A DNA stretch of 64,000 bases, taken from positions 1,061,633 to 1,125,632 of the forward strand of contig CAVZUH010000004.1 in NCBI GenBank assembly GCA_963778505.1. Reading direction: 5' to 3'. The first letter of the stretch is position 1, and every line of letters starts with the position of its first letter. The notes beneath the pieces are model-generated. The model had not been told where the DNA came from, made no database searches, and worked only from the letters and a program-made list of their open reading frames with translations. Below are positions 1 through 10,265 of this stretch, piece by piece. The position numbers and the translations under genes are program-made. This DNA comes from an uncultured Actinomycetota bacterium (GTDB taxonomy: Bacteria; Actinomycetota; UBA4738; HRBIN12).

Positions 1-1
1 T

Positions 2-16
2 GGTGTTCTCAGAACT
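2..16 (+). repeat. Left IS-type terminal inverted repeat GGTGTTCTCAGAACT
   Basis: 14/15 match to the reverse complement of 8083-8097; CCCTGAC follows internally at both ends. Confidence 0.65.
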
Positions 17-49
17 CCCTGACCACACGGTTTGCGGCCATTCTTGGGG

Positions 50-83
50 AGTACCCACAGGTTAAGAGGGGTAGTACCCACAG
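50..83. repeat. 11-bp direct repeat AGTACCCACAG x2 (50-60, 73-83)
   Basis: Exact repeat read from the sequence, just inside the left IR. Confidence 0.6.
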
Positions 84-219
84 CAGGTCAGAAGGCCTTT
101 CTTCGGACTTCCGTCGGCAGAGACGAGAGCAACGCCACGGCAGACCGAGCTGGCCATAACGACCCGGCCGAGGTCCGAGCCGAGTGTGGCAGAGAGCGCG
201 TAGGAGCCCGGCCGAAGCC

Positions 220-523
220 CGGCACCTCCGTCACCGCCAATGCGCTGCATCCCGGCGTGGTCAGCACTTCCTTCGGAGCCGAGGACCCTCGGCGCATCCA
301 GCAAGTGCTCATCCCGTTCCTGCGCCCGTTCATGAAGTCTCCGGCCAAGGGCGCCGCCACCTCGATCCACGTGGCATCCGCTCCCGACCTCGAACAGGTG
401 ACGGGTCGCCTCTTGGCCAACAGCAAGAGCAAGCGATCCTCGAAGCGCAGCTATGACGAGGCCGATGCGGCACGGCTCTGGCAGGTGAGCGCAGACCTGG
501 TCGGCCTGACCACGGCCGGCTAG
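220..523 (+). pseudogene. 5'-truncated SDR (retinol dehydrogenase-like) oxidoreductase, C-terminal part
   Basis: VTANALHPGVVSTSFG...SPAKGAATSIHVAS...AARLWQVSADLVG; no Rossmann GxxxGxG or YxxxK upstream. Confidence 0.8.
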
Positions 524-559
524 CGCAAGCGGATGCTCTTCCTGTGCATCGATGGCCGC

Positions 560-1201
560 TCAGGCGGCGAGGCGGAAGGGCGGGTACCGGTCGGTGACCA
601 GAAGGAGCGCATATCCCACGACGCGGTTGTGCCACCGGGTCACGCCCTCGATGAAGTCGAACAGGCCGCGTGGGTAGCGACCCGTGAACAGGATCGCGAA
701 CCATGCGATCACCACCGCGACGGCGGCGGTGGTGTACAGGAAGAAGAGAACCACGTAGTGCGGGATCGCGAGGAACCATTTCACCAGTGGAAGCCATCGA
801 TTCAGATCTTGGGCGACGTTCGGATAGTCGACATCGAGGTGGACCGACTGGTGCTCATCGGTCGAGGGGTACCGATCGTCCATGAGGCTCAGGTAGATTC
901 CGACACGGGCCGAGAACCGCATCAACTCCCGGCTCCAGTCGAACCACCACCGCGGATACTTCTGGCGGAACAGAATCATCAAGAGAGGCCCGAAGAAGAG
1001 GAGGCCGCCCGCGCCCGCGGCCACCGCGGTTCCTTGTTCATAGCTCCACTCCCAGGTCCCTCCGCTCACGCTGCCGAGAACGATCAGGATCGGGATCGCC
1101 ATGAAGAGACGGAGGAACGTCGTCAGTCGGTTCAGTTCCCGGTCCGGACGATCCACCGAGAACCGAACCGGATAAGCGAGCGGTGCGTTCTGCATGTCCA
1201 T
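560..1201 (-). CDS. DUF4389 family membrane protein
   Basis: Duplicated LNR...AIP...ILF..YPR..FD repeats ending TDRYPPFRL; AAGGAG RBS (start 1201 or 1195). Confidence 0.85.
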   Translation of the reverse strand: MDMQNAPLAYPVRFSVDRPDRELNRLTTFLRLFMAIPILIVLGSVSGGTWEWSYEQGTAVAAGAGGLLFFGPLLMILFRQKYPRWWFDWSRELMRFSARVGIYLSLMDDRYPSTDEHQSVHLDVDYPNVAQDLNRWLPLVKWFLAIPHYVVLFFLYTTAAVAVVIAWFAILFTGRYPRGLFDFIEGVTRWHNRVVGYALLLVTDRYPPFRLAA

Positions 1202-1212
1202 CTCTCCTTCGA

Positions 1213-4056
1213 TCAGTCGGCGATCCGCAGCGCTACCGCGGGTCGGATGCGCGCTGCCCGAGTGGCAGGCCATGCGGTCACGGCCAGTGAGGCCGCGAGC
1301 GGGAGCGCGAGGATGACGGCCAGGCCGGCCCACGGCACGATGAACGGGATCGGCACGTCGCCGAAGGAATCCGATGCCATCAGCAGCTGACGGGTCGTGA
1401 TCAGTCCCAGCACGGCACCGATAACCGTCCCCTGCGCAGCGATGAGTCCCGCCTCGGACAACATCGCGATGCGGATGAGTCCGGAGCGGAAGCCCATCGC
1501 TCGGAGCATGCCGATCTCCTGACGCCGCTCGCGGACGGCGCGGACCATCACGACACCGAGACCCGCGATCCCCACGAGAAGGCCGAACCCGAGGAAGCCC
1601 CGCAGGAGTGCCAGGAAGCTCGTGAGCGTGTCTGCACCCTCGCCGATGAGAGCCGTGAACGTGTCGGCGTCGGCTCCCTGCGCGAGGAAGGCCGCGTTCA
1701 CGGAGGTTGCGACGACATCCGCGTCGGCACCATTCGCAACCGCGACGTAGAAGCGAGTGACGACGTCTCGGTCGCCGAACAGCGCTGAAGTGAGCTCGCG
1801 GCTGACGAGGGCGCCGTTGTCCAGCCAATCCGTGTCGCTCAAGGCGGCGATCGTGAGCTCACGTTCTTGCCCACTGCCTGGCTCGATCATCGTGAAGGTG
1901 TCACCGACGTCCAGCACCGCCGTATCCACTCCGGCGATGAGGAAGTTCTCCGGGATGATGACCAGAGACGGATCGCTGAGCACCGCCCGGTACACGTCGG
2001 CGTCACTCGCGTAGGCCTCGTCCCTGCGGAACAAACCCGGTGCCCCGCGTTCCAAGAGGTCGCTGTCGAACCCGCTGATCGCCCACTCGGGCGCGCCGTC
2101 GAGGTGTCCGGCTTCGAAGTTCGCGACGCCTCGGGCCAGGCCCGCGACCGCGGCCACATCGTTGCGGGCTTCCAGCGCTTTCGCGTCGATGGGGTTCGAC
2201 GGATTGGTGTCGACCAGCACGTCGAACCCCCCAGCGATCTTCTCGACGCTCGCGTCGGTGTTCCTCGCGAGCGCGACGGAGAACGAGGTGAGGATCGTCA
2301 CCGTGAAGATGACCAGCGAGAACATCCCGAGCAGCATCGAGGTGCGGAACCGTCGCGCCAGCGGGTAGGCGATGCCCAGCCGCGGCGCGAGGCCACGACC
2401 GCCGCGTCCCAGATGTTCGACCGCGAAGGTCCAGACACGGTCCAGGCTCGCCGCCAGCGACACGGCGCCGACGGTCAGCACCACGCCCTGGACAACGAAG
2501 ATGAGCATGTCGGAGCCGCCCATGATGTCGGGGAAGAGCGGGTAGACCGCGAGTCCCCAAGCAAGCACCATTCCCGCGACGAGCAAGCGCGCGGGACGCT
2601 CCGGAAGGAGCCGACGCAGCAGCGGTGCCGCGGCGAACGCCATCACGGGGACTCCGAGGACGAGCGCGATCGGGTTCTCATCGAGGTAGCCGAGCGACGC
2701 GAGAGCCGCGCCGACGACGATGCCGACCGCTCCGAGCACCATGGTGCGCGTTCGCGCCCGGGTGATCTTCGGCTCCGGCAGGTCTCGGATGGCCCGGATG
2801 ATGTTCAGCCTGGCGATGCGCAGGCTGGTGACCCAGATCGTCACCAGCGAGATAACCAGACCCGTACCCGCACCGATCGCGAGACTCATCGGCTCGATGA
2901 CCAGCGGGAAGCTGGATCCGTCATCGGCCCCGAAGATGGGACCTGCGACGACCGCGACGAGCCATCCGATGCCGAGCCCGGCGACCGCGCCGAGCGCTGA
3001 GGCGACGATCGCGTAGAACGCCCCCTCGATCGCGAATGCTCGGGTCAGCCGCCGACGGGTGAACCCGACCGCGCGCAGCATGCCGAGCTCGGTCTTGCGC
3101 TCTTCGGCGAGCATAACGAACAGGTTGATCAGCAACAGGATCCCCGCCAGGACGCTGAAGATCCCGATCATGCTGAAGACCTCGGTGAGCCCGGCGCCCT
3201 GGCGTTCCGAATCGTCGAGCACCAAGGCCTTGGGCGCTTCGACCTCGACGCCCGGCACCTCCGCGACGGCGGCGCGAAGATCCGCCACGGCCGCGTCGGA
3301 CAGCGCACGCGTGTCGAACACGCCTCCGTCGAGAGAGACGAGGAGACGGTTCTGGGGCGGTACGGCCGAGTCGGTGGCGCCCTCGGCCAAGTCGGTGATG
3401 GTGCCCGGCGCGACGAGCGCGCCGCCGTAGCCCGCGAGCCCGACCTCGGGCACGACGCGAGTGATCGTCACGTCGACCGCCGAGCCGTACGCGTGGAGAC
3501 GCAGGTCGTCACCCGCAACGACGTCGAGGTCCCGCGCGGTTCGCTCGTTGATGACGATCTGGTTCGGTCCGAGGTTGCCGGCATCGGCGACACCGGTGAT
3601 CCCAGGGTCAGAGCCGAAGGTGCGTGCCGCTGCGAGGTCGAGCTCCACGACCTGGACCTGCGGCACCGCCACGTCTCCCGGGAATCGCTTCGAGGGTCAC
3701 GGTCGCTGTGGTTACCGCGAGCAGACCATCGATGCCCTGGATCCCGGCGGCCGTCGACCGCGGTCTCGACATCGTCGAGCGCCGCCTTCCTCAGGCGTCA
3801 GCGTGATGTCGACCGGGCCGTACTGGGTGCGAGCCACATCGGCGAACGAGGCTTCGATGACGTCACCGACCACGAAAGAGGAGGTGATGATGGCCGTGCC
3901 GAGGAGCGCCCCGGCGATCACCAGGACGGCCTCCGCGCGACGGCGGCCGATGTTGCGCAGGGCCATCGTGACGTGGGTTCGTTGCCGCAGCGCCGCGACC
4001 GCGAGTGGAGCCAGCAAGAGGAGCGCGACGATCCCGAGCACGCCGAGGGCGATCAT
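1213..4056 (-). CDS. FtsX/MacB-like ABC transporter permease with two FtsX domains; frameshifted near 3680-3790
   Basis: [20 protein letters not shown]-terminus; [14 protein letters not shown] and [14 protein letters not shown]; ATGA overlap with the ATPase. Confidence 0.85.
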
Positions 4057-4796
4057 GCCATCACCGGGTCAGCCGTGAGGAGCAGCTCCATCGGATCGCC
4101 GTCGTGGACGACCAGCCCGTCGCGGACCTGCACTAGGCGCTGCCCGGAACGACCGAGGCCCTCGTCGTGGGTGACCACGACCAGCGTCTGACCGGCGGCG
4201 TGCACCTCGTGCAGCAGCTCGACGATCTCGTCGGCGGTCTGGCTGTCCAGTGCGCCGGTGGGCTCATCGGCCCAGACGAGCGCCGGCTCGGCGACGAGGG
4301 CACGTGCCACGGTGACGCGCTGTTGCTCGCCGCCTGACAGCTCACCCGGTCGGTGATCGGCGCGGTCGGCAAGACCGACGCGAGCGAGCATGTCACGCGC
4401 TCGCTCACGAGCCTGCTTCGGTGCCACCCCGGTGACCAGCAGCGGCAGTTCCACGTTCTCGCGTGCGGACAGGACGGGGATCAGGTTGAAGGACTGGAAG
4501 ACGAAGCCCATGCGGTTGGCCCGGTGGCGGGTTCGCGCCGCGTCCGACATCGCGAACAGGTCGTCACCGTCCACGCTGACGGTGCCGGCATCGATGTCAT
4601 CCAAGCCCGACAGGCAGTTCAACAGGGTGGTCTTCCCGTTGCCTGAGGGGCCCATGATCATCACGAGCTCGCCGGACCGGACATCCAGATCGATGCCGCG
4701 TAGAGCGTGAACCTCGTTCGCGCCGGTGCGGTATGTCTTCACGACTCCGCGCGCGGTCAGGATGGGCTGGGACGGTTCCTCGATGCGGATGTTCAT
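4053..4796 (-). CDS. ABC transporter ATP-binding protein (LolD-like)
   Basis: Walker [33 protein letters not shown]. Confidence 0.95.
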   Translation of the reverse strand: MNIRIEEPSQPILTARGVVKTYRTGANEVHALRGIDLDVRSGELVMIMGPSGNGKTTLLNCLSGLDDIDAGTVSVDGDDLFAMSDAARTRHRANRMGFVFQSFNLIPVLSARENVELPLLVTGVAPKQARERARDMLARVGLADRADHRPGELSGGEQQRVTVARALVAEPALVWADEPTGALDSQTADEIVELLHEVHAAGQTLVVVTHDEGLGRSGQRLVQVRDGLVVHDGDPMELLLTADPVMA

Positions 4797-4904
4797 CTCC
4801 GTTCCCCTTTCAAGGGTGTGTTGCAGTAGCCGTGCACAGTCGATCTGATGTCCCAGGAGCGAACGGAGTCCCTGTCCGCTCCGAGGGGTGATGAAGTCCT
4901 TCGG

Positions 4905-5100
4905 CTAGATCCTGATGGCGATCTTGCCGGCGGCGTGTCCTCCCTCGAGGTGCCGGATCGCGTCCGGAGCCTCGATCAGCGGGTAGGTGCGGTCGATCAC
5001 CGGGGTGAGCGTGCCGGCCTCGATCAGCTCCGCGAGGGTGACGAGGTCCTCGTGCTTGACCTTCGAGACCAGCCCGCGAAGCTTCTGACCCACGAACAGG
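4905..5100 (-). pseudogene. C-terminal fragment of a zinc-binding/NAD(P) alcohol dehydrogenase-family protein
   Basis: LAELIEAGTLTPVIDRTYPLIEAPDAIRHLEGGHAAGKI; only about 60 aa present. Confidence 0.75.
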
Positions 5101-5166
5101 GACGCCGATGACCACCCACGGACGGCGGGCGGCGAACCGGCCCAATCGGCACAGAGCGTGCGACAT
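5101..5166 (-). pseudogene. N-terminal stub of an MMPL-family transporter
   Basis: MSHALCRLGRFAARRPWVVIG after a GAGGAGG RBS; breaks off into the dehydrogenase fragment. Confidence 0.6.
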
Positions 5167-5334
5167 CGTGGTTCCTCCTCGACTCGGCTCGGTCACAGTC
5201 ATGAATCTCATCGTGACGAGACCCAGCAGGTGACACATCAGCCGAGCGGTCGGATGTGAGCTGGCGTTTCGGCTGAGGCGTCGCCCGTACTTTCGGTCGA
5301 TACGCCGTCCACTCGGGTTCTCTACGCTGGAGTC

Positions 5335-6471
5335 GTGGTGAGAAACGCTGTCCGATCGCTCTGGGCCGAACCGCGAGTTCCGGATCCGCCCACGCGCGTG
5401 TGGCGGGACTGGGCGCTCGTCGCCGTGCTAGTGCCGTTGGCGGTTCTCGAAGTGATCTTGCGCGAGGACCTGGTTTGGCGACCTGTCGCGCTCGTCCTTG
5501 GTGCGGCGCCCATTTTCACGCTGCTGTGGCGGCGCACGCACCCTCTCGTCGTGGTCGCTGTCGCGTTCGGTGCCCAGACGTTGGCCGACGTGATGGCGCC
5601 CTTCGGTGCCGACGAGTCGGCGGTGCTGTACACCACCGCGTACGTGCTCCTGCTCCCCTATTCGTTGTTTCGTTGGGGGTCCGGTCGTGATGCGGCGATC
5701 GGGCTGGCGATGATCCTGATCGGTCTTTTCATCAGCGACACTGGTCTCGATTTGGTGTTCGCGATCGGCTTCTTTCTGTTTTCCGCCGCGCTCGGCGCTG
5801 CGATGCGCTTCCGGGCCAGCTCCCGGCTCCGCGAGATGGACCAGGTCAAGCTCCGCGAGCGCGAGCAGCTGGCGCGCGAGCTGCACGACACCGTCGCTCA
5901 CCATGTCTCGGCCATCGCCATTCAGGCCCAGGCCGGGCGCACCCTTGCCGCAGCCGACCCCGACGCCGCCGTGGACGCCCTCGAGGTCATCGAGGAGGAG
6001 GCTTCGCGCACGCTCGCCGAGATGCGCACCATGGTCGGCGCCCTCCGCCAAGGCGAGGAGCCCGACCTCGCCCCGCAACGGGGCGTGGCCGACATCGAAC
6101 GGCTCGCCCGCAGCGCCGGGGACTCGCCGCGTGTGGATGTAGAACTGTGGGGCGACCTTGATGACCTCAAGCCATCGGTCGAAGCGGCGATCTATCGCCT
6201 CGCCCAGGAATCGATCACGAACGCGGTGCGACACGCCCGCCACGCAACCCGCATCAACGTCTGGGTCGTCGGCGACGACCGATGCGTGCGCCTGACCGTC
6301 AGCGACGATGGCGACGCCAGCTCGCTCAGCGCCAGCGCGTCGTCGGGCTACGGGATCGCGGGTATGACCGAGCGAGCCAAGCTCCTCGGCGGCACCCTCG
6401 AGGCCGGTCCGAGCCGGGACCGCGGATGGACCGTCGATGCCGTGCTGCCCAGAAACGGCACGGCGATATGA
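5335..6471 (+). CDS. Membrane sensor histidine kinase (HisKA_3)
   Basis: N-terminal TM helices; EREQLARELHDTVAH, QESITNAVRHA, VSDDG, GYGIAGMTER; TACGCT 6 nt before GTG suggests a leaderless start. Confidence 0.95.
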   Translation: MVRNAVRSLWAEPRVPDPPTRVWRDWALVAVLVPLAVLEVILREDLVWRPVALVLGAAPIFTLLWRRTHPLVVVAVAFGAQTLADVMAPFGADESAVLYTTAYVLLLPYSLFRWGSGRDAAIGLAMILIGLFISDTGLDLVFAIGFFLFSAALGAAMRFRASSRLREMDQVKLREREQLARELHDTVAHHVSAIAIQAQAGRTLAAADPDAAVDALEVIEEEASRTLAEMRTMVGALRQGEEPDLAPQRGVADIERLARSAGDSPRVDVELWGDLDDLKPSVEAAIYRLAQESITNAVRHARHATRINVWVVGDDRCVRLTVSDDGDASSLSASASSGYGIAGMTERAKLLGGTLEAGPSRDRGWTVDAVLPRNGTAI

Positions 6472-7124
6472 CCATCCGCGTGATCGTTGCTGATGACCAG
6501 CACATCATCCGCACCGGGCTCAAGATGATCCTCGACGCCCAGCCCGACATCGAGGTGATCGGCGAGGCTGCCGACGGACGCGAAGCGGTGGCCCTCGCGC
6601 GCGAGCTCCGCCCCGACGTCTGCCTGTTCGACATCCGCATGCCCGCCCTGGACGGCATCGAGGCCACGCGACAACTCGCCGGACTCGACGTCGATGACCC
6701 GCTCGCGATCGTCGTGATCACCACCTTCGACCTCGACGAATACGTGCACGGCGCCCTCAAGGCAGGCGCCCGGGGGTTCCTGCTCAAAGACGCCGGACCC
6801 GAACTCCTGGTCCAGGCGATCCATGCCGCCGCCAACGGAGACGCACTCATCGCCCCGAGCGTGACAGCTCGACTCCTCGCCACATTCTCGGACACACGCA
6901 TGGGGACACCACCGGCTCAGCCCATCGATCCGCTGACCGACCGCGAAGAAGAGGTCCTGCTCACGGTGGCCCACGGTCGAACCAACGCCGAGATCGCCGA
7001 CGAACTCCACATCAGCCTCAGCACCGCCAAGACCCACCTCGCCAGCCTGATGACCAAAATCGGCGCCCGAAACCGCGTCGAGATCGCCATGTGGGCCTAC
7101 GAAACGGGCCGCATCAAGAGCTGA
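6468..7124 (+). CDS. NarL/LuxR-type response regulator
   Basis: VADDQ, FDIRMP, GFLLKD, LTDREEEVL...NAEIADELHIS; ATGA overlap with the kinase. Confidence 0.95.
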   Translation: MTIRVIVADDQHIIRTGLKMILDAQPDIEVIGEAADGREAVALARELRPDVCLFDIRMPALDGIEATRQLAGLDVDDPLAIVVITTFDLDEYVHGALKAGARGFLLKDAGPELLVQAIHAAANGDALIAPSVTARLLATFSDTRMGTPPAQPIDPLTDREEEVLLTVAHGRTNAEIADELHISLSTAKTHLASLMTKIGARNRVEIAMWAYETGRIKS

Positions 7125-7214
7125 CCCATCTCACAAGCCCGCACCCTTCGGGGGCTCGGAGCGGCTCAGGACGTCGGGATGCGAACCCATGATTGCTTGT
7201 AATCGTCGGCGGGG

Positions 7215-7892
7215 AGGCAGGCGGCGCTCTCCTGATCGAGGGTCAACTCGTCAGTTCGCACGTCCCGATCGAACTCCGTCGTCTGTTGCCCATGCCGCCC
7301 ATGAAGGCCACCGCCGAGGAGAGCGCCAGGTACGAGGAGGCGTTCAACCAACTGGCGCAGTTCCGCTTCCAGCGCAACGGAAGGCCCGATGCCGACGGCG
7401 CGACAAGGTGGAGGTGTCCCATCTGCGCCGGCCATCTCCGCTCGCGCCAGGTCCCCAAGTCGATGCGCGGGTCCCGCAACAGGCCGTTGGTGGCCCTGCC
7501 CGACGGCGCCACGTGCTGCACCGGCACGGTGACGGCATCAGTTGCCGAGCTGGCCCACTGGCAGAGGTTCCTTCCGGGGACCACGGCTTGGCGCATCTCC
7601 TACGGCAGGCGTCAGGTAGTCGAGGGCGTCAACGCGATGCTGAAGGGCGGCTTCGTCAACATCCAGCACAAGTTCTTCCGCGTCCTGGGTCTCGCGAAGA
7701 TGACGCTGCTGATGGCCTTCACCCTGGGCCGGCTACAACCTCGAGGCCATCCGCTCGTTCCTCGCGAAGAAGGAGGCCGTGCGCATCGCGACACCCTCGA
7801 AGAGGACGAGGAAGAAGCGTCGGACGGGGACGTGGGCCGACGTGATCGGCTCCGATCGTCCGGAGTGGGGCCGTGCCCCGCCGCCAGGCTGA
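7215..7892 (+). pseudogene. C-terminal remnant of a DDE transposase (IS4/IS5/IS1182-like)
   Basis: YREK-like SYGRRQVVEGVNAMLK; after a 1-nt shift near 7727 it reads GYNLEAIRSF to a stop at 7892; N-terminus missing. Confidence 0.7.
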
Positions 7893-7926
7893 CCAGTTCG
7901 AGTTCGAAGAACACCTCACCACTGAT

Positions 7927-7962
7927 GAAGGGCGTCACCGGCATGGTCGGGTGACGCCCTTC
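7927..7962 (+). terminator. 13-bp perfect hairpin after the transposase remnant
   Basis: GAAGGGCGTCACC-N10-GGTGACGCCCTTC. Confidence 0.55.
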
Positions 7963-8057
7963 GTGCATTTCGAGCGCCGAGCGCCTGCCACATCGACAGC
8001 CGAACCACCGCACCCGGCCCTCGATCGCGGGAAGCGACCGCCGGCGCCCTCATCAGC

Positions 8058-8097
8058 GGAGTTCTGAGATGTCAGGGGCCTCAGTTTTGAGAACACC
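8058..8097 (-). repeat. Right IS-type terminal IR plus subterminal copy
   Basis: Minus strand GGTGTTCTCAAAACT (8097-8083) and TCTCAGAACTCC (8069-8058); flanked by CCTAAG. Confidence 0.65.
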
Positions 8098-8119
8098 CCT
8101 AAGCTGGTCGGTCGGTCGG

Positions 8120-8201
8120 TGGGAGGAGGAGGATTCGAACCTCCGTAGGCTACGCCGGCGACTTTACAGGCCGCTCCCTTTGGCCACTCGGGCATCCTCC
8201 C
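8120..8201 (-). tRNA. tRNA-Tyr (GTA); CCA not encoded
   Basis: Acceptor GGGAGGA/TCCTCCC, anticodon arm GCGGC-CTGTAAA-GTCGC, long variable arm, T arm GGAGG-TTCGAAT-CCTCC. Confidence 0.97.
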
Positions 8202-8290
8202 GGGAACACCGTTGAGGATAGCAACCGGTGGTCACGACCCCGTGAAGCCGCCCGAGACGCGGGAGGCCACGCCCATCTAGGATTTGGCTC

Positions 8291-8785
8291 GTGGCGAAGG
8301 ATCAGTTCTCGTTCGACATCGTGTCCGAGGTGGACATGCAGGAGGTCCGCAACGCCGTCGACCAGGCGGCCCGCGAGATCTCCCAGCGGTTCGACTTCAA
8401 GGGCACCGGCACCTCGGTCTCTCTGGAAGGTGACAAGGTCGAGATGGCCGCCGGCACCGAGGACCGTCTGAAGGCCGCGTGGCAGGTGCTCCAGGAGAAA
8501 GCCGTGCGCCGCCAAGTCCCGCTGAAGTCGCTCCAGCCCGGGGAGATCCAGCAGGCGGCGAAGGGGACGGTCCGGCAGTCCGTCGCGATCATCCAGGGCA
8601 TCCCGGATGAGAAGGCGAAGCAGATCTCCAAGTTCGTGCGGAGCTCCGTCCCCAAGGCTCAGACGCACATCCAGGGATCGCAGCTACGGGTCTCGGCGAA
8701 GTCGAAGGACGACCTCCAGACGGCGATCCGCGCAGTCAAGGACGAGGACTTCGGTGTCGCGCTGCAGTTCACGAACTATCGCTGA
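8291..8785 (+). CDS. yajQ: YajQ family nucleotide/c-di-GMP-binding protein
   Basis: SFDIVSEVDMQEVRNAVDQA...RFDFKGT...LQFTNYR; TAGGAT 7 nt before GTG. Confidence 0.95.
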   Translation: MAKDQFSFDIVSEVDMQEVRNAVDQAAREISQRFDFKGTGTSVSLEGDKVEMAAGTEDRLKAAWQVLQEKAVRRQVPLKSLQPGEIQQAAKGTVRQSVAIIQGIPDEKAKQISKFVRSSVPKAQTHIQGSQLRVSAKSKDDLQTAIRAVKDEDFGVALQFTNYR

Positions 8786-8865
8786 TCTTCAGCAACGCAA
8801 CGCAACCACCGTGTTGTGAGGGACCCTGTCCCCCGGTAGATTCCTCTGACCCCAGGAGGTGGAGA

Positions 8866-10248
8866 TTGGATCTCGAACGACTCAAGGGCCGCGCGGCAGA
8901 GATCGCCCAACGCGAAAGCGCTGACCTGCTGACCAGGACGACGGCATCCAAGGCGCTCTACGAGCGGGCTCTGAAGAGTCTCCCGAGCGGCGTCTCCTCC
9001 AACTTCCAGGTGGGCGACCCGTATCCGGTCTACCTGGAGAAGGGTCGAGGCTCGAGCGTCTGGGACGTCGACGGCACCGAGTACAAGGACTTCCACGGCG
9101 GCTTCGGTGTGAACATCGTGGGCCACGCCCACCCGAAGATCGTCGAGGCCCTGGAGAAGGCGGCTCGCGAGGCGATCCATTTCGCCGTCACCACGCCCAC
9201 GACCGTCGCCCTCGCGGAGGCCATCTGCGAGCGCTTCGAGCTCGAGCAGATCCGGATCGTCAACTCCGGGACCGAGGCCACGATGGATGCGATCCGTGTG
9301 GCGCGCGCCGCCACCGGTCGCGACAAGCTGGTCAAGATGGAGGGCTCCTACCACGGGCACCACGACTCGGTCCTCTTCTCCGTGGTCCCGGAGGCCGACG
9401 TGCTGGGCCTCCGGCACAACGTCGACCAAGAGGGGAAGGCCTGGTACACGACGCAGCCGACCTCCAAGGGCATCCCTCGAGCGCTTTGGGACACGACGAT
9501 CGTGGTCCCCTTCAACGACGCGTCGGCCGTCGAGCAAGCTCTCGCAGACAACGAGGGCCAGGTGGCCGCGGTCATCCTCGAGCCCGTGATGATGAACGTC
9601 GGCATCATCGAGCCACAACCCGGCTACCTCCAAGCGTTGCGGGATGCGTGCGAGAAACACGGCGCGGTGCTGATCTACGACGAGGTGAAGTGTGGCGGCA
9701 CGATCGCCTACGGCGGCACCATGGAGCGCTACGGCGTGAAACCGCATCTCTCCGCCTACGCGAAGGCGATCGGTGGAGGCGCCACGATCGGGGCGTTCGG
9801 CGGCGAGGCGAGGTTCATGGAGTTCGTGACGAAGGGAGCCGCCCAGCAGGGCACCTTCAACGGGAACCCGCTGTCGTCGGCTGCCGGCCTCACCGCGCTC
9901 ACGCAGGTCCTCACACGCGACGCGTACGATCACCTCGGGAAGCTCGGCGCGATGCTGGCCGAGGGCTGCGACCGAGCGATCGCCGACTCAGAGGTGCCGG
10001 CGCACACGGTGGACCTCGGAGCCAAGGGCTGCGTGTCCTACCGTGCGAACAAGCTCACCAACTACCGGGACTTCCTCGAGACGCACACAGAGCTCTACTG
10101 GGCGTCCTACCCGTGGATGGTCAACCGCGGCATCTTCATGACCCCGGGCGACGAGGAGCAGTGGACGGTCTCGGTGCAGCACACCGAGGACGACGTCCAG
10201 CGCTACATCGACGCCTTCGGAGCATTCTGCCAGGACCTGACCGCGTAG
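8866..10248 (+). CDS. Class III PLP aminotransferase (glutamate-1-semialdehyde aminomutase-like)
   Basis: NSGTEATMDAIRVARAATGR, EGSYHGHHD, YDEVK, AKAIGGG, GTFNGNPLS. Confidence 0.85.
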   Translation: MDLERLKGRAAEIAQRESADLLTRTTASKALYERALKSLPSGVSSNFQVGDPYPVYLEKGRGSSVWDVDGTEYKDFHGGFGVNIVGHAHPKIVEALEKAAREAIHFAVTTPTTVALAEAICERFELEQIRIVNSGTEATMDAIRVARAATGRDKLVKMEGSYHGHHDSVLFSVVPEADVLGLRHNVDQEGKAWYTTQPTSKGIPRALWDTTIVVPFNDASAVEQALADNEGQVAAVILEPVMMNVGIIEPQPGYLQALRDACEKHGAVLIYDEVKCGGTIAYGGTMERYGVKPHLSAYAKAIGGGATIGAFGGEARFMEFVTKGAAQQGTFNGNPLSSAAGLTALTQVLTRDAYDHLGKLGAMLAEGCDRAIADSEVPAHTVDLGAKGCVSYRANKLTNYRDFLETHTELYWASYPWMVNRGIFMTPGDEEQWTVSVQHTEDDVQRYIDAFGAFCQDLTA

Positions 10249-10265
10249 CCAGGTCGGCGGTCAGA

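Larger units (their letters stand above)
2..8097. mobile_element. Putative IR-bounded island or defective composite transposon at tRNA-Tyr
   Basis: Inward-facing IRs, transposase remnant, several truncated genes; ends 22 nt from the tRNA 3' end. Confidence 0.5.

Noticed and set aside
50-83. CRISPR-like repeat
   Set aside because: Only two 11-bp copies with a 12-nt gap and no cas genes; no array was seen anywhere in the window
8104-8119. GGTC tandem run at the tRNA 3' end as an att site
   Set aside because: No duplicated tRNA 3' fragment and no integrase were seen in the window
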